A DNA stretch of 64,000 nucleotides from Octopus bimaculoides (Eukaryota), in assembly GCF_001194135.2 (NCBI RefSeq), contig NC_069004.1, positions 34,234,608-34,298,607 of the forward strand. Direction: 5' to 3'. Numbering within the stretch: position 1 is the first letter of the stretch; every line of letters starts with the position of its first letter. This document shows, in pieces, positions 51,810-64,000 of the stretch. The translations under genes and the position numbers were made by a program. The notes below the pieces were generated by a model. The model ran no database searches, was not told the DNA's origin, and was given only the letters and a program-made list of their open reading frames with translations.

Positions 51810-52086
51810 TTATTATCACCTTTGCAAAGCTTCTAGCGCTGGAGATGTACTACAGTGTCAGCTGTTCACTACCAGTGAACTAAGGTAACACCCTTTATTT
51901 TTCGAGCACCTTCCGGAGTATTCGAGCAGTTCCAAGCATTGATGTTTTCTGCAAGTGCTCCACCCTTATTGCAGCCCCTATTTGTTCCACGTACTCCTCG
52001 AGATTTTTACTCACTATTCCCATGCTCGGACAATTATTGGTACTACTGCTACCTTTTTCATCGACCACAACTGCTTAACTTGCGAA
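51810..52086 (-). mobile_element. 3' end of an R4/Dong-type (RLE) non-LTR retrotransposon, truncated by an N gap
   Basis: VKQLWSMKKVAVVPIIV / GIVSKNLEEYVEQIGAAIRVEHLQKTSMLGTARILRKVLEK* (stop 51897-51895). A short 3' UTR runs into (TAA)n. Confidence 0.8.
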
Positions 52087-52697
52087 NNNNNNNNNNNNNN
52101 NNNNNNNNNNNNNNNNNNNNNNNNNNNNNNNNNNNNNNNNNNNNNNNNNNNNNNNNNNNNNNNNNNNNNNNNNNNNNNNNNNNNNNNNNNNNNNNNNNNN
52201 NNNNNNNNNNNNNNNNNNNNNNNNNNNNNNNNNNNNNNNNNNNNNNNNNNNNNNNNNNNNNNNNNNNNNNNNNNNNNNNNNNNNNNNNNNNNNNNNNNNN
52301 NNNNNNNNNNNNNNNNNNNNNNNNNNNNNNNNNNNNNNNNNNNNNNNNNNNNNNNNNNNNNNNNNNNNNNNNNNNNNNNNNNNNNNNNNNNNNNNNNNNN
52401 NNNNNNNNNNNNNNNNNNNNNNNNNNNNNNNNNNNNNNNNNNNNNNNNNNNNNNNNNNNNNNNNNNNNNNNNNNNNNNNNNNNNNNNNNNNNNNNNNNNN
52501 NNNNNNNNNNNNNNNNNNNNNNNNNNNNNNNNNNNNNNNNNNNNNNNNNNNNNNNNNNNNNNNNNNNNNNNNNNNNNNNNNNNNNNNNNNNNNNNNNNNN
52601 NNNNNNNNNNNNNNNNNNNNNNNNNNNNNNNNNNNNNNNNNNNNNNNNNNNNNNNNNNNNNNNNNNNNNNNNNNNNNNNNNNNNNNNNNNNNNNNNN

Positions 52698-52728
<31 letters not shown>

Positions 52729-53095
52729 TAATGTTTATGCCTTGTCCGAAGACCTAAAAGTGCTCAACACCCTATTGTACTAATACTGTCCGCTGTCTGT
52801 TATTGTTTGGCTCTAAGATAACAACGAAGATTACAAACGGACGTCTTAAGCTTTGGTGCAGCTCGACCTGTTCGTCTGACTGCATTCGTCATCGAGGTGA
52901 AAAGTTCATTCCAAGCCACAGATGATAGATAATCCTTTCGTAATACAATAGGTATTGTGTATGCATATATGTATGTATATATGTATGTATGTATATATAA
53001 ATTATATATTTGTATACGTAAATATTACATACGTGCATATATATACCACCTCAGCAGATAATTGCCCGCGCACGTGTACATACACACAGACGCAC

Positions 53096-53146
<51 letters not shown>

Positions 53147-53889
53147 CAGACAGATGCGTAGGTGTATGTGTAAGTGTGGTTCACATTCACCTACATGTAT
53201 ATGCACATGTGCAAACAATAAACGCACAACAAACATGCACGTACATACCTACATACACACACCCATAAGCTACCGGCCGCCGTCATCCACACATCACGCT
53301 CGCGTTCAGTTTTGCTAATACAAACGCTAAGACGAATCTCTAGCAGTGAATAGAATCGGGACACCATTAACGGAACGTTATAGATTCACCCCTGATTATG
53401 GCAAAACCTCACCAGCTACCTTCTACTTCCAGCTACGATACACAAAAAAGACTGACTGGCTTTATCAACCGTGCTGTGCAAATATCTATTCTGGCTTCGT
53501 TCTTGACCTTGTCCTAAGATATTAGCAAATTCTTAGTGAAATTTTCTGACCATTCACTGACCAGCTAACATCTCTGATTCAATATATTAAAATCGTGAGG
53601 CTTCAAAAGCTTCGCCACTGATAGGAAACATGAAAAGAGAGAGAGAGAGAGAGAGAGGTGGCGGTGAGAGGGAGGGCGGATGGTAGCGTGGTGGTGGTGA
53701 TGATGGTGGGATTAATACTAACTGGNNNNNNNNNNNNNNNNNNNNNNNNNNNNNNNNNNNNNNNNNNNNNNNNNNNNNNNNNNNNNNNNNNNNNNNNNNN
53801 NNNNNNNNNNNNNNNNNNNNNNNNNNNNNNNNNNNNNNNNNNNNNNNNGGTGCTGATAACAGTGACTGGTTAGGTAGTGACGGTATGTG

Positions 53890-54400
53890 GCGGTGGTATT
53901 AACGACAGGCTGTTGTGGTGGTGGAGGATTTGGGGGTGGTGGTGGTAGGTGGTAACGAAATTAATGGCGGTGGCGTTTTTGGTGTTGTTGATGTTGATGG
54001 AGCTGCTATTGGTGATGATGATGGTGTTATTGCTGCAGTGTAGATAGTGATAGAGTTGTTGATAGTGATGATGATGTTGATGATGGTGGAGGTGTTATAG
54101 GCATTGATTAAGGGGGCGACGGCGTTGTTGGTAATGTTGAATGAGACGCTAATGGTGGTGGAGGTGCGATGTTGATAATGATGATGATGATAGTGGTGGC
54201 GGTGGTGGTGGTGGTGGTATTGCTGGTGATGTTGAAGGAGGAGGTGCAATTGATGCTTTTGGTACGATGTTAGAATTGTACTGGATATTGGTATGGATGA
54301 TGATGATGATGGTGGTGTTGGCGTTTTCAGTTGTTGGTGGACGTGGTGGTGACGCTGTCGATGGAGATGATGATGGCGGTGGTGTTGGTGGTGGAAGATA
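53890..54400. repeat. Degenerate (GGT/GAT)n tract
   Basis: ggtggt/gatgat-rich; yields low-complexity His/Thr/Pro ORFs on the minus strand. Confidence 0.85.
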
Positions 54401-54762
54401 TTCAATGTTGTACATTGGATTAAAACAGCAGACTAGAAGCGATAGAGCTGCCTGCCACACAGCTCCGACCGCCTCCTCCTCGCTCCCACCATCTCCTGCT
54501 TGAAGCATTAGATAACATGTCTTCACCCAAACAAAGCCGCCTCCACACCCCTGTCACCTACCGAACTTTGGTGTCTGCAACAACAGCAACACCACCACCA
54601 ATAATAATAATAATAATAATAATAACATTCACCGCAAGTGTAACATCGTTACCAAAGCGGCCGGAGCACTTTGAGCTAACGACGACGTTATCAGAATGCA
54701 CACACACATACATACAAAGTGTATATATACAAGATCACACGCACACAGGTGTACAATAATTT

Positions 54763-54803
<41 letters not shown>

Positions 54804-55180
54804 NNNNNNNNNNNNNNNNNNNNNNNNNNNNNNNNNNNNNNNNNNNNNNNNNNNNNNNNNNNNNNNNNNNNNNNNNNNNNNNNNNNNNNNNNNNNNNNNN
54901 NNNNNNNNNNNNNNNNNNNNNNNNNNNNNNNNNNNNNNNNNNNNNNNNNNNNNNNNNNNNNNNNNNNNNNNNNNNNNNNNNNNNNNNNNNNNNNNNNNNN
55001 NNNNNNNNNNNNNNNNNNNNNNNNNNNNNNNNNNNNNNNNNNNNNNNNNNNNNNNNNNNNNNNNNNNNNNNNNNNNNNNNNNNNNNNNNNNNNNNNNNNN
55101 NNNNNNNNNNNNNNNNNNNNNNNNNNNNNNNNNNNNNNNNNNNNNNNNNNNNNNNNNNNNNNNNNNNNNNNNNNNNNNNN

Positions 55181-55262
<82 letters not shown>

Positions 55263-56929
55263 TGTACACAAATAAACGTTAATGGAATAAGAGTTTTTGG
55301 TCGAAAGTAAAAGTAAACGACTAATAAGAAAATATGAAATATCTTTTATTAAATAAAATATTAAATTAGAACAGTCTTCAGTATGATAGGAGCTGATATC
55401 TATCTATCTATCTACCTACCTACCTACCTACCTAACTATCTATCTATCTACGCACATATATAAGCACACTTATTTCATATACATATATGTATACACACAA
55501 AGTACAAACATACATTTATAATACAAACGCGCACGCATTTGTGTGATTATAAATGTGTGTGTGTATATATATATATATATATAATACTATACACAGAACC
55601 AAATGTACACACGCATGGTGAAAGAGAAAGACAGAAATAGAGAGCAATATATGCATGCAAAGAAGTGTATGTATGTATATATAAATATTGTGTTAATATT
55701 TTTTTTTCTTTGCACTGTATTGTACTATAAAGTTTCTGTTTTTTGCGAGCAGCCAATGAACACACGAGAAATGCTTCATAGAATACCAACACTCGGACTG
55801 TTCGGGCTTAGCCCGAGTATAAATTTAGTAAAGTGAACGTGTATTTGCAATCTGATTTAATTTCTGCCAACACTGACTTCAAGTATGTAANNNNNNNNNN
55901 NNNNNNNNNNNNNNNNNNNNNNNNNNNNNNNNNNNNNNNNNNNNNNNNNNNNNNNNNNNNNNNNNNNNNNNNNNNNNNNNNNNNNNNNNNNNNNNNNNNN
56001 NNNNNNNNNNNNNNNNNNNNNNNNNNNNNNNNNNNNNNNNNNNNNNNNNNNNNNNNNNNNNNNNNNNNNNNNNNNNNNNNNNNNNNNNNNNNNNNNNNNN
56101 NNNNNNNNNNNNNNNNNNNNNNNNNNNNNNNNNNNNNNNNNNNNNNNNNNNNNNNNNNNNNNNNNNNNNNNNNNNNNNNNNNNNNNNNNNNNNNNNNNNN
56201 NNNNNNNNNNNNNNNNNNNNNNNNNNNNNNNNNNNNNNNNNNNNNNNNNNNNNNNNNNNNNNNNNNNNNNNNNNNNNNNNNNNNNNNNNNNNNNNNNNNN
56301 NNNNNNNNNNNNNNNNNNNNNNNNNNNNNNNNNNNNNNNNNNNNNNATAAATTTCTATAGAGATTAGGATTTAAATTCCAATCTATGAAATGTTTCCGTT
56401 CGATAATATTCTTAAAGCAACGAAAAATTATCCAGCAACTCAGGCTAATACGAACGAGCCTGGTAGGTGTGAAAGACTGACAGGCATCTCTTGTCAAGAG
56501 TACAGGTGACAGTCAGATCGCTGATGTTCGTTGTGCACTCTGCTGTTGTCATTTGATTGCTGTTATTCTGTGCATTTGTGTGTAGAGATCAGTTGTGTCT
56601 TGAAGGGTTGCTTTATTTTCACCCTTAACTTAGAAATGGAGAAAGACATAGTGCTAGATATAATAAAAAAAATAGGCCATTTGGGGCTAGAAATAAAGCG
56701 AACAGGCAATTGTCTTATGGGAAATCTGTGATGAGTTCGAGTGACGCTGATGTCACATACACACATGCACACACACATATATAAGCATACTTATAAATGT
56801 ACACACACACACACACACACATATATATGCACATATACACACGCACATATGTAAACGCACATACATACCTACATACATACACACATACACACAATAACAA
56901 AATGAACTGTCGTGTAAAAGATGTTTTAC

Positions 56930-57089
56930 CTTTCTTATTACTTGGAAGTCATTCTTAATGTCTTTCATCTTTTCTCTGCCGATTGTCATCAAAAATCCCT
57001 CTGACGGAGCAAAGACACTGATATTGGTGGTCTCATCTTTGGCCTGCGACAAGAATTCTGGATCTAGGGAAAGGATCTCGTAGAATTCT
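56930..57089 (-). CDS. FAS1/fasciclin-domain protein, exon (start of next FAS1 domain; phase 2->0)
   Basis: Acceptor gcttttttcag, donor GTAAAA. 160 nt encoding EFYEILSLDPEFLSQAKDETTNISVFAPSEGFLMTIGREKMKDIKNDFQVIRK. SVFAPS is the FAS1 H1 motif. Phase joins the previous exon (AG+A = Arg). Confidence 0.92.
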
Positions 57090-57352
57090 CTGAAAAAAGC
57101 AAAACAAAACAAAAAGGGTTGAAAAAAACAGACACTTTAAGAAAAAAAGAATTAAATTTAAGGTCATAAATTAAAATTAGCAAATTAATCATAAGTTAGT
57201 AATAACTATAGTTTCATTAATACATTTTTGGGTAGTTGAGGTTATATTGTATGCGAAAAAACTAATATTGTTGACTAAAATATAAGGATGAGATTTTCAC
57301 TTGTTAGGCTCTTGGTAGGAAAAATCGGTTTAAGGGTGGAACTGATAAAACT

Positions 57353-57383
<31 letters not shown>

Positions 57384-57790
57384 NNNNNNNNNNATATATA
57401 TAAATTGCTAAATTTGCTGGCTATTTAAGCAGTGTGTTCGTGGATGGTTAATGGATTGGAAGTGATGCTGAAGGAGGAGCAAAAATTCTTGAAATATGCA
57501 TATACACGCATAACCTATTTTTTCTATCTTTGATTGCATTGTTTACATAGACGCATTCGTATACGTAACTTTTAGTGTTGGTTCTAATTTCTACAGAAAA
57601 TCTGTAGAGATAAGTTTTAAAAATGATATACATCTAATATCTGAAAATGAAGTGGGGATTAGTAAAACCAGGCGTTTACTACAGAGAGCAGTCACAATTA
57701 GTGGCGACCTGAAGTTATATGAAGGATTTTCTTGTGAAAAATCAGGTTTCGAACAAACAACAAATCCGTAATCTTACTGAACTTTTATTC

Positions 57791-58053
57791 TATGGTTTAC
57801 AATTGTTTCATCACATCTATAGACATGGATATTAAGGAAGATTTAGTTTTGAACGTGAAGCAATGTATGCTACGTAATATCACCAGCAGTTGTTTCGTGA
57901 GGATCAAGTTGATGATGAATCGGTTCCGATGAAACAACTTCCAGTGTAATATGCATAACATGATACGCATGACTATATCGTCTTTGTCGTGAATATCTAT
58001 AGACATGGCGTGTGATTGGTTACCTCAAGTCGTGGAAACAATTGTAAACCATA
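57791..58053. mobile_element. Unclassified MITE-like element with perfect 19-bp terminal inverted repeats
   Basis: tatggtttacaattgtttc (57791-57809) and gaaacaattgtaaaccata (58035-58053). Internal 14-bp direct repeat atctatagacatgg at 57815 and 57995. Confidence 0.6.
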
Positions 58054-58175
58054 CAATGCAGGTTGTACAATAAACTCACTCCTCTTCGATACCTACTCTT
58101 CTGATTATCTTCTCTGCAATTCGATTTAGCACACTATACTCTGATAGACTGACACATACTGGTATATAATATAAT

Positions 58176-58223
<48 letters not shown>

Positions 58224-58368
58224 TACACATGGTCTTTGATCTACCATGGCACACAATACAACCGAGTTCAACTGGGTGGCTGGGTGGGTTGGGGGGGAAG
58301 GGAAGGTTCAGTTCCAAAGCTTTAGCAAATCATTTTACCTTCATGATCCGGCTTGGTCTTTAAGTTTC

Positions 58369-58412
<44 letters not shown>

Positions 58413-60394
58413 GCGCGTGTATATTCATGCACCTTCGCACACATACATACAAATTTATATTTGTATTTTTACATTTTTTGTGGTTGCGAAGGCGGTGGTG
58501 TTTTCTGAATTTCTTAATTGTTTTGCTTTTTCTTCTTGTAGCTCTTTTTTATTCTTTAAGCTCTTATTTCTTTCAAAATCGTTCCTTATTTATTTTTCTT
58601 TGTAAATCTTTCATTCATTTTATTTATTTGGCTTGTTTTAGGTAGAACTTGATAATCTCTTAAGTGAATAACTGCACAACGAGAAGGTAGAATCTCGTTG
58701 AAAATGGCGAATTAAAACTGCGGTTATAGAAATATCACAAACAAATACAGAAATATACAAATAAATAAACGATATTATTAATAATGATTATCATCATTAT
58801 TATCCTAGTTATTGTTCTTCTTATTGTTGTTATTATTGTAAAATAATGCCGAGGAAAAACTAAGGTAATCTTACAACTAGTGGAAAGAGTAACGGAGGTG
58901 ACAAGTGAAAAGAGGAGGGGTGGAGGAAAACGAGAAATAGACGGAGAGAGAGATTAGTAAACGGTTTGAGAGAGGGGAAGACAATTGAGTGGAGAGAGAG
59001 AGAGGGGTAGAGATGAGACTAGATAAGACTAGAGAGACTAGAGAAAAAGATTATGAAATAAGACAAAAGCATGGAAAAAATGGAAAGAATGCGAGAAATA
59101 GAGCTACGTAGAGCAGCAGGAGAAACAATGAGAGGAGGAGAGAGACAGATTTACGGAGAAAGGAGAGAGAGAGGGGGAGAGAGAGAAAGTGAAGACAAGG
59201 AATAAATGAAAAGCTAGGTTTCTAAAACCAAAACACTACGTTGCCACATTTAATCTTGTAAGATCAACAGTGCGCTTTCATTTCTCTTATTTAATTTATT
59301 TGTATTGTTTTGTTTTCCTGCATTTTTTGTCTCTTATTCTGGTCGTACTTTTCTAGTATTCTATTACAGTTTATTATTATTATTATTATTATTGGGAAAA
59401 AAGGAGGGATTCCCTTGGTGGTACTTTGGCAATCATGCACAGAAGTTTTCGTATTTCGTTCGAGATTACATGTTTTCGGATGGGTGGATTGAGAGAGAGA
59501 GATGGCTGCTTACCTACAGGGATGGGTGAAGGCGTAGATGGCGGCGAGCTGGGACAGAAGGATAGATTTGGCGACGAACAGAATGATGACGATCGTGAAG
59601 TCGATGACAGCAGTGGTGATGATGATGATGATGATGGTGATGATTACGATGAAGGTAGCAGTAATGTAGCAGAAGTAGTAGTAGTAGTAGTAGTAGGGGT
59701 GGTGGGGTGGCGATGACGATATTGATAATGGCGAGAATACTTATGATGATGATGATGATGTTGATGACTGTTGAAAATGGTGAGGAGGAGGATTATCACG
59801 ACGACGCTGACGTTAGTAATTGCAGTACCGGTAGTGTTGTCAGTGGTTGGGGTGTTGGTTGGAGTTAGAAATCTAAATCGGATTTGTTTCCAATATATAA
59901 TGTTTTCATCGTGCTTCTTTCTTTATATTCTTTTATTTCCTAAATGGATGTACGTGCGCACGCGCGCGGGAGTTTGTGTGTGTATGTGTGCATAAATTTA
60001 GCTTTGTGTGTATATAAATATAGAACTATGTATGTGCGTGCGTGTGTATAGAAGTAAATCTGTATGTGTGATTATATCTGTGGGTGTTCGCGTTTTTACC
60101 AGTTTTTTACGTTTCCATTGGTTTCGCTTCGGTTCGTTTTGGTTTGGTTTAATTTTTTTTTTTTTTGCTTTTTGCATTGTATTGTAGTTGTTATATTTTT
60201 GTTTTTATGTTTTCTGCTTTTGGCTTGCTTTTCTTTTTATTATTATTATTATTGTTGTTATTATTATTATTTGTTTTGATTTCGGTGATAATCTTGTAAC
60301 TTTAAATAATTGCAAATATATTCTCGTGTTACGCAGTCATACAGATACAGATACACGCATGTACAGGTAAACACAGGTGCATGCAGAGGTGCAA

Positions 60395-60395
60395 A

Positions 60396-60431
<36 letters not shown>

Positions 60432-60444
60432 NNNNNNNNNNNNN

Positions 60445-60487
<43 letters not shown>

Positions 60488-60590
60488 GCGCGCGGGATCG
60501 TTTGTTAACTCAAACTAAACCTCGAACAGCTACCTATCTATGGTCCTGTATATGTAAATATATTTACACACCTACTTGTATGCATGAAAT

Positions 60591-60643
<53 letters not shown>

Positions 60644-60975
60644 CACACACACCTCACACACATATATATACTCATACACACACACACACATATATATATA
60701 TTCACACGCACACACATACATATACACATATAAATATATATATATACACACATACATACAAGCACATATATATATACTCACGCGCACACACGCATATAGA
60801 TATATACATACACACACATATTTATATACATACGTATATATGTATATATACACACATGTATATACACATACGTATATATATATATATATACACACACACA
60901 TGTATCCATATATATATATGCATATACACACACATATATATATATAATCTTCTACATGCACACACAGCACATTCA

Positions 60976-61016
<41 letters not shown>

Positions 61017-61075
61017 TATATATAATCTTCTAGGCACACACACACACACACAGCACACCCAATACACACACGTTA
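60395..61075. repeat. Long compound (AC)n/(AT)n tract with an internal ~80-bp duplication
   Basis: tataatcttcta...cacagcaca...caatacacac occurs near 60942 and 61021. Confidence 0.85.
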
Positions 61076-61356
61076 ACACGTTGAAGCAGAAATTGCCCAA
61101 GAAGCGAAGGATACGGATAATACACGGACCACGTTATAGAGGGAGGGAGGGAGGGAGGAGGATAGATAGACAGACAGACAGAGAGAGGTGGTTGGAGAGA
61201 CAGAGATGAAAGGAGTGAAAGTTAGAGGAGGTGAGGGATGAGACTGATACAAGAGAATCAGGTTATCATCTTATATGCTATGAATTTCACCTGGGTGTCA
61301 GTTTGATATCATGATATATCAACAATGATGTATCACTTTTGATTTTACACACACGC

Positions 61357-61436
<80 letters not shown>

Positions 61437-61562
61437 TGCACACGCACGTGCATGTGTTTATGTGTGTGCACCGTTTTTAATATATTAGGTATTATCCTCA
61501 AACGCAAGTGCAAAACTTGTCTTCCCCTACAAAAGATCAAAGATTATGTGTATGTGTGTGCG

Positions 61563-61605
<43 letters not shown>

Positions 61606-62429
61606 GAGAGAGAAATCAGACAGTCAGATAGACAAATACAGGTATATAAAATACCATACAACATAAATTGATTTATTGAACTTATCATTCTCTGTCTGGT
61701 GGATTTATCATAACTACTAAATGGCAATGAAAACTGGTTCTATTTGAGAACTGAAGATGGCCAATTTCTCGCAGAAGGAGACAAAAATTGAAAAATCACA
61801 ATACAGCTGTACCGTCCTGATTTACGTATTTTTAGGGTACCATAAGCCAAAAGGATTTAAAAAAGAAGAAAAATCTGCGGGGCTACTGTCATGTGACTTG
61901 GGAAACCATCTTTGATACAGTCTAGAAGATGATATCTTGATTGCAAGGACAGAAGATAGATATACAGTTTCATCCTAGAAAAACATTAACTTTCCATCTT
62001 ACAAAGGTGTATTTTCAGGAAGAACTCGAGTAAGACTTCAGTTTGGCAGTGTTAGTTTTTAGAAGATCAACCTGCGTCTCAGCAAAAACAGAATTTGCTG
62101 GGGCCATTAAAATTCGTTGCGTCAGTTTGACGGCTACTTAATTTTATAGACCCGGCAGAATAAAACCTAAATTAGACGAGGCTGATATTTGAAACCAGAA
62201 TTAATAGCTATACGCCACAATATATTTAGGCAACGTTCTAACCATTCAGGTGATCAAACACCCTTAGGACTTTCCAATATGACTTTCTTATAAATATTTT
62301 CAATTTGTAGGCGAGTTAACAGAATCGAAAGTACGTCGGGCAAACGCTTCTTGTCCTCATACGCCCCCTGTATACTTATACAGGTAATTGTATGCATAAT
62401 ATTACGATGAGAGTGTGAAGTTGATTTAC

Positions 62430-62574
62430 CTGAGGTATGCCGTGTCAGCCATTGTTTCTGCCACCGATTTATAGGGAAAAGCCAGCACTTGGTCAATGAT
62501 ATGTAGAACACCGTTGGTTGCTGGGATATCTGCAGTGGTTACCCTTGCTTTCACATTATTGCTGATTACGTACA
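62430..62574 (-). CDS. FAS1/fasciclin-domain protein, first visible coding exon (end of a FAS1 domain; phase 1->2)
   Basis: Acceptor ttttattttcag, donor GTAAAT. 145 nt encoding (V)YVISNNVKARVTTADIPATNGVLHIIDQVLAFPYKSVAETMADTAYL(R). ATNGVLHIIDQVL is the canonical FAS1 H2 motif. Upstream exons are outside the window or unidentified. Confidence 0.93.
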
Positions 62575-64000
62575 CTGAAAATAAAAAGAAAAGCAACAGA
62601 GGTGGCGAGTGAGACGGTGAGGGTAGAAACCTTCGGTTGGGAAACACTTAAAAGTGCGGATGGCTTCAATGGAACAATGAAACAGCAATATTACAGCTCA
62701 ATATTTGGTATCTAAGACATGCAGAAGTGAATGTAATGTGGGAAAGTACTACTACTACTACTACTACTGCTACTGCTGCTGCTACTCACGAGCATATTCT
62801 ATGATTTCGTTAATCGTTTTAGGCACCNNNNNNNNNNATGATTTCGTTAATCGTTTTAGGCGCCTACGTCTTCGAGATCAGGCATAGACCCCCCCCCCGG
62901 CAAATCCTACTACTGGCGCGACACAGCATCCGGAATGTGAGAGAGGTTGAACAAGAAAGAGCTTCACACACTTGTCTGGTACGGATTTCAATTTAATAGG
63001 ACGGAACAGCGTGAAGTGAAGTGAAGTGACTTGTTCAAGGATGTGACGTTTCACTCGATCTTGGAATCGAAATCGAAAGCGCAACATTATTCTTCGTGAA
63101 CCCCAAACACTAAACACTAGGCCACGCGGCTGCAGATGTGCGTATGTTTTCGTGTGTGCGTATGTTTTCGTGTGTGCGCGTATTAATTAAAGATAATTCA
63201 TGTTACAAATGTTTCCATGGCATGGTAGTTTATTTTTAACACGATATATTAAAGAATGTTATATAACATAATTTTAATTATCAAATATGCTAATTCACCA
63301 TTCAGTTCTACAGGCGACATGATCCGTACATTCGTACCATAAATCGTTGTGTGTGTATGTGTAATTAGTTTTAGCAAACGAAATAACTAACCAATGTAGC
63401 TGAATATAAATATCTTGATTTGATCGGCAGTAGTCAACATTGGCAAATAGAATTCCTTCGAACGAGAATCCGGCCATTCTTCACTCAACAATGGAACCAG
63501 AACATACGTGAAGCGAAACGAATTCATTCTGTCTTTTCACAATTCTTTACGATCAAGTATCGTTCATTTCACGATTTCAGCATTCCCCCATCACTAACTC
63601 AGCTACTTTTAGCACGTCTCCTCTCTCGCTCTCCAATATTCTTCATTAACATTCCATACAAATACTTCTCATAGATATGTATATATATATATACACATAT
63701 ATACTCACAAAGCCTCCAGGTCTTACTCTCACTGCATTACTCTATTATCACCCAATTTCTACATTATCATAGTTTCTCCATATAACTGATTACTATCTAT
63801 TAATGTATGCTCGACTTTGTGCAGTTTAATATTTGCAAACGGATATTTATGTTTTAACATTTCATTTTCGTAATTTCAAAATAGTTCAGCCCATCTTTTG
63901 GCTTAAATATATATTCAACTTTCCTATACAAAATAACGTTCCACTGGAATGAAACATTTGGCCATCTTTCAAGAATAAATTTCCTAAACTATGCGTCTAT

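Noticed and set aside
53899-54526. His/Thr/Pro-rich ORFs of 125-168 aa on the gene's strand
   Set aside because: They derive from a degenerate (GGT/GAT)n tract, and the FAS1 exons on either side already join in frame.
61690-61950. Possible decayed RTE 3' end on the plus strand (KLVLFE...RRRRQKL; TWET)
   Set aside because: Similarity is too weak to call by eye; needs a repeat-library search.
62801-62861. 24-bp direct repeat atgatttcgttaatcgttttaggc on either side of a 10-N gap
   Set aside because: Typical contig-overlap artefact at a scaffold gap.
63299-63386. Phase 0->1 candidate upstream FAS1 exon on the minus strand (LFRLLKLITHTHTTIYGTNVRIMSPVELN; donor GTGAAT)
   Set aside because: Phase fits and TTIYGTNV resembles the TLxG strand. 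However, the acceptor is weak (ttggttag), it is short, it lacks a proper H(V/I) motif and it includes a CA-repeat run. Not called without transcript data.

Overview
AT-rich animal genomic DNA from a gapped draft assembly, dense in microsatellites and SINEs. The repeat families resemble those of octopus or another cephalopod (inference from sequence recall, not a database search). Almost the whole window is the 3' part of one minus-strand gene for a multi-FAS1 (fasciclin-domain) cell-surface protein. Six coding exons were found by hand (62574-62430, 57089-56930, 47297-47168, 41797-41644, 14289-14124, 2933-2506). They have GT-AG boundaries, compatible phases, FAS1 H1/H2 motifs and a C-terminal hydrophobic tail resembling a GPI signal. 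One phase 0->1 exon required between 14124 and 2933 was not found and probably lies in an N gap. The introns hold many tRNA-headed SINEs, mariner and hAT MITEs or fragments, and RTE-type and R4/Dong-type LINE ends. The most notable result is three unrelated minimal type I hammerhead-ribozyme motifs (11515-11570 with an inverted twin, 41075-41119, and a degenerate one at 35090-35130). Each sits in an inverted-repeat structure typical of Penelope-like element termini. Nearly all ORFs in the supplied track are microsatellite or N-gap artefacts. No CRISPR array, rRNA or genuine tRNA gene was seen.
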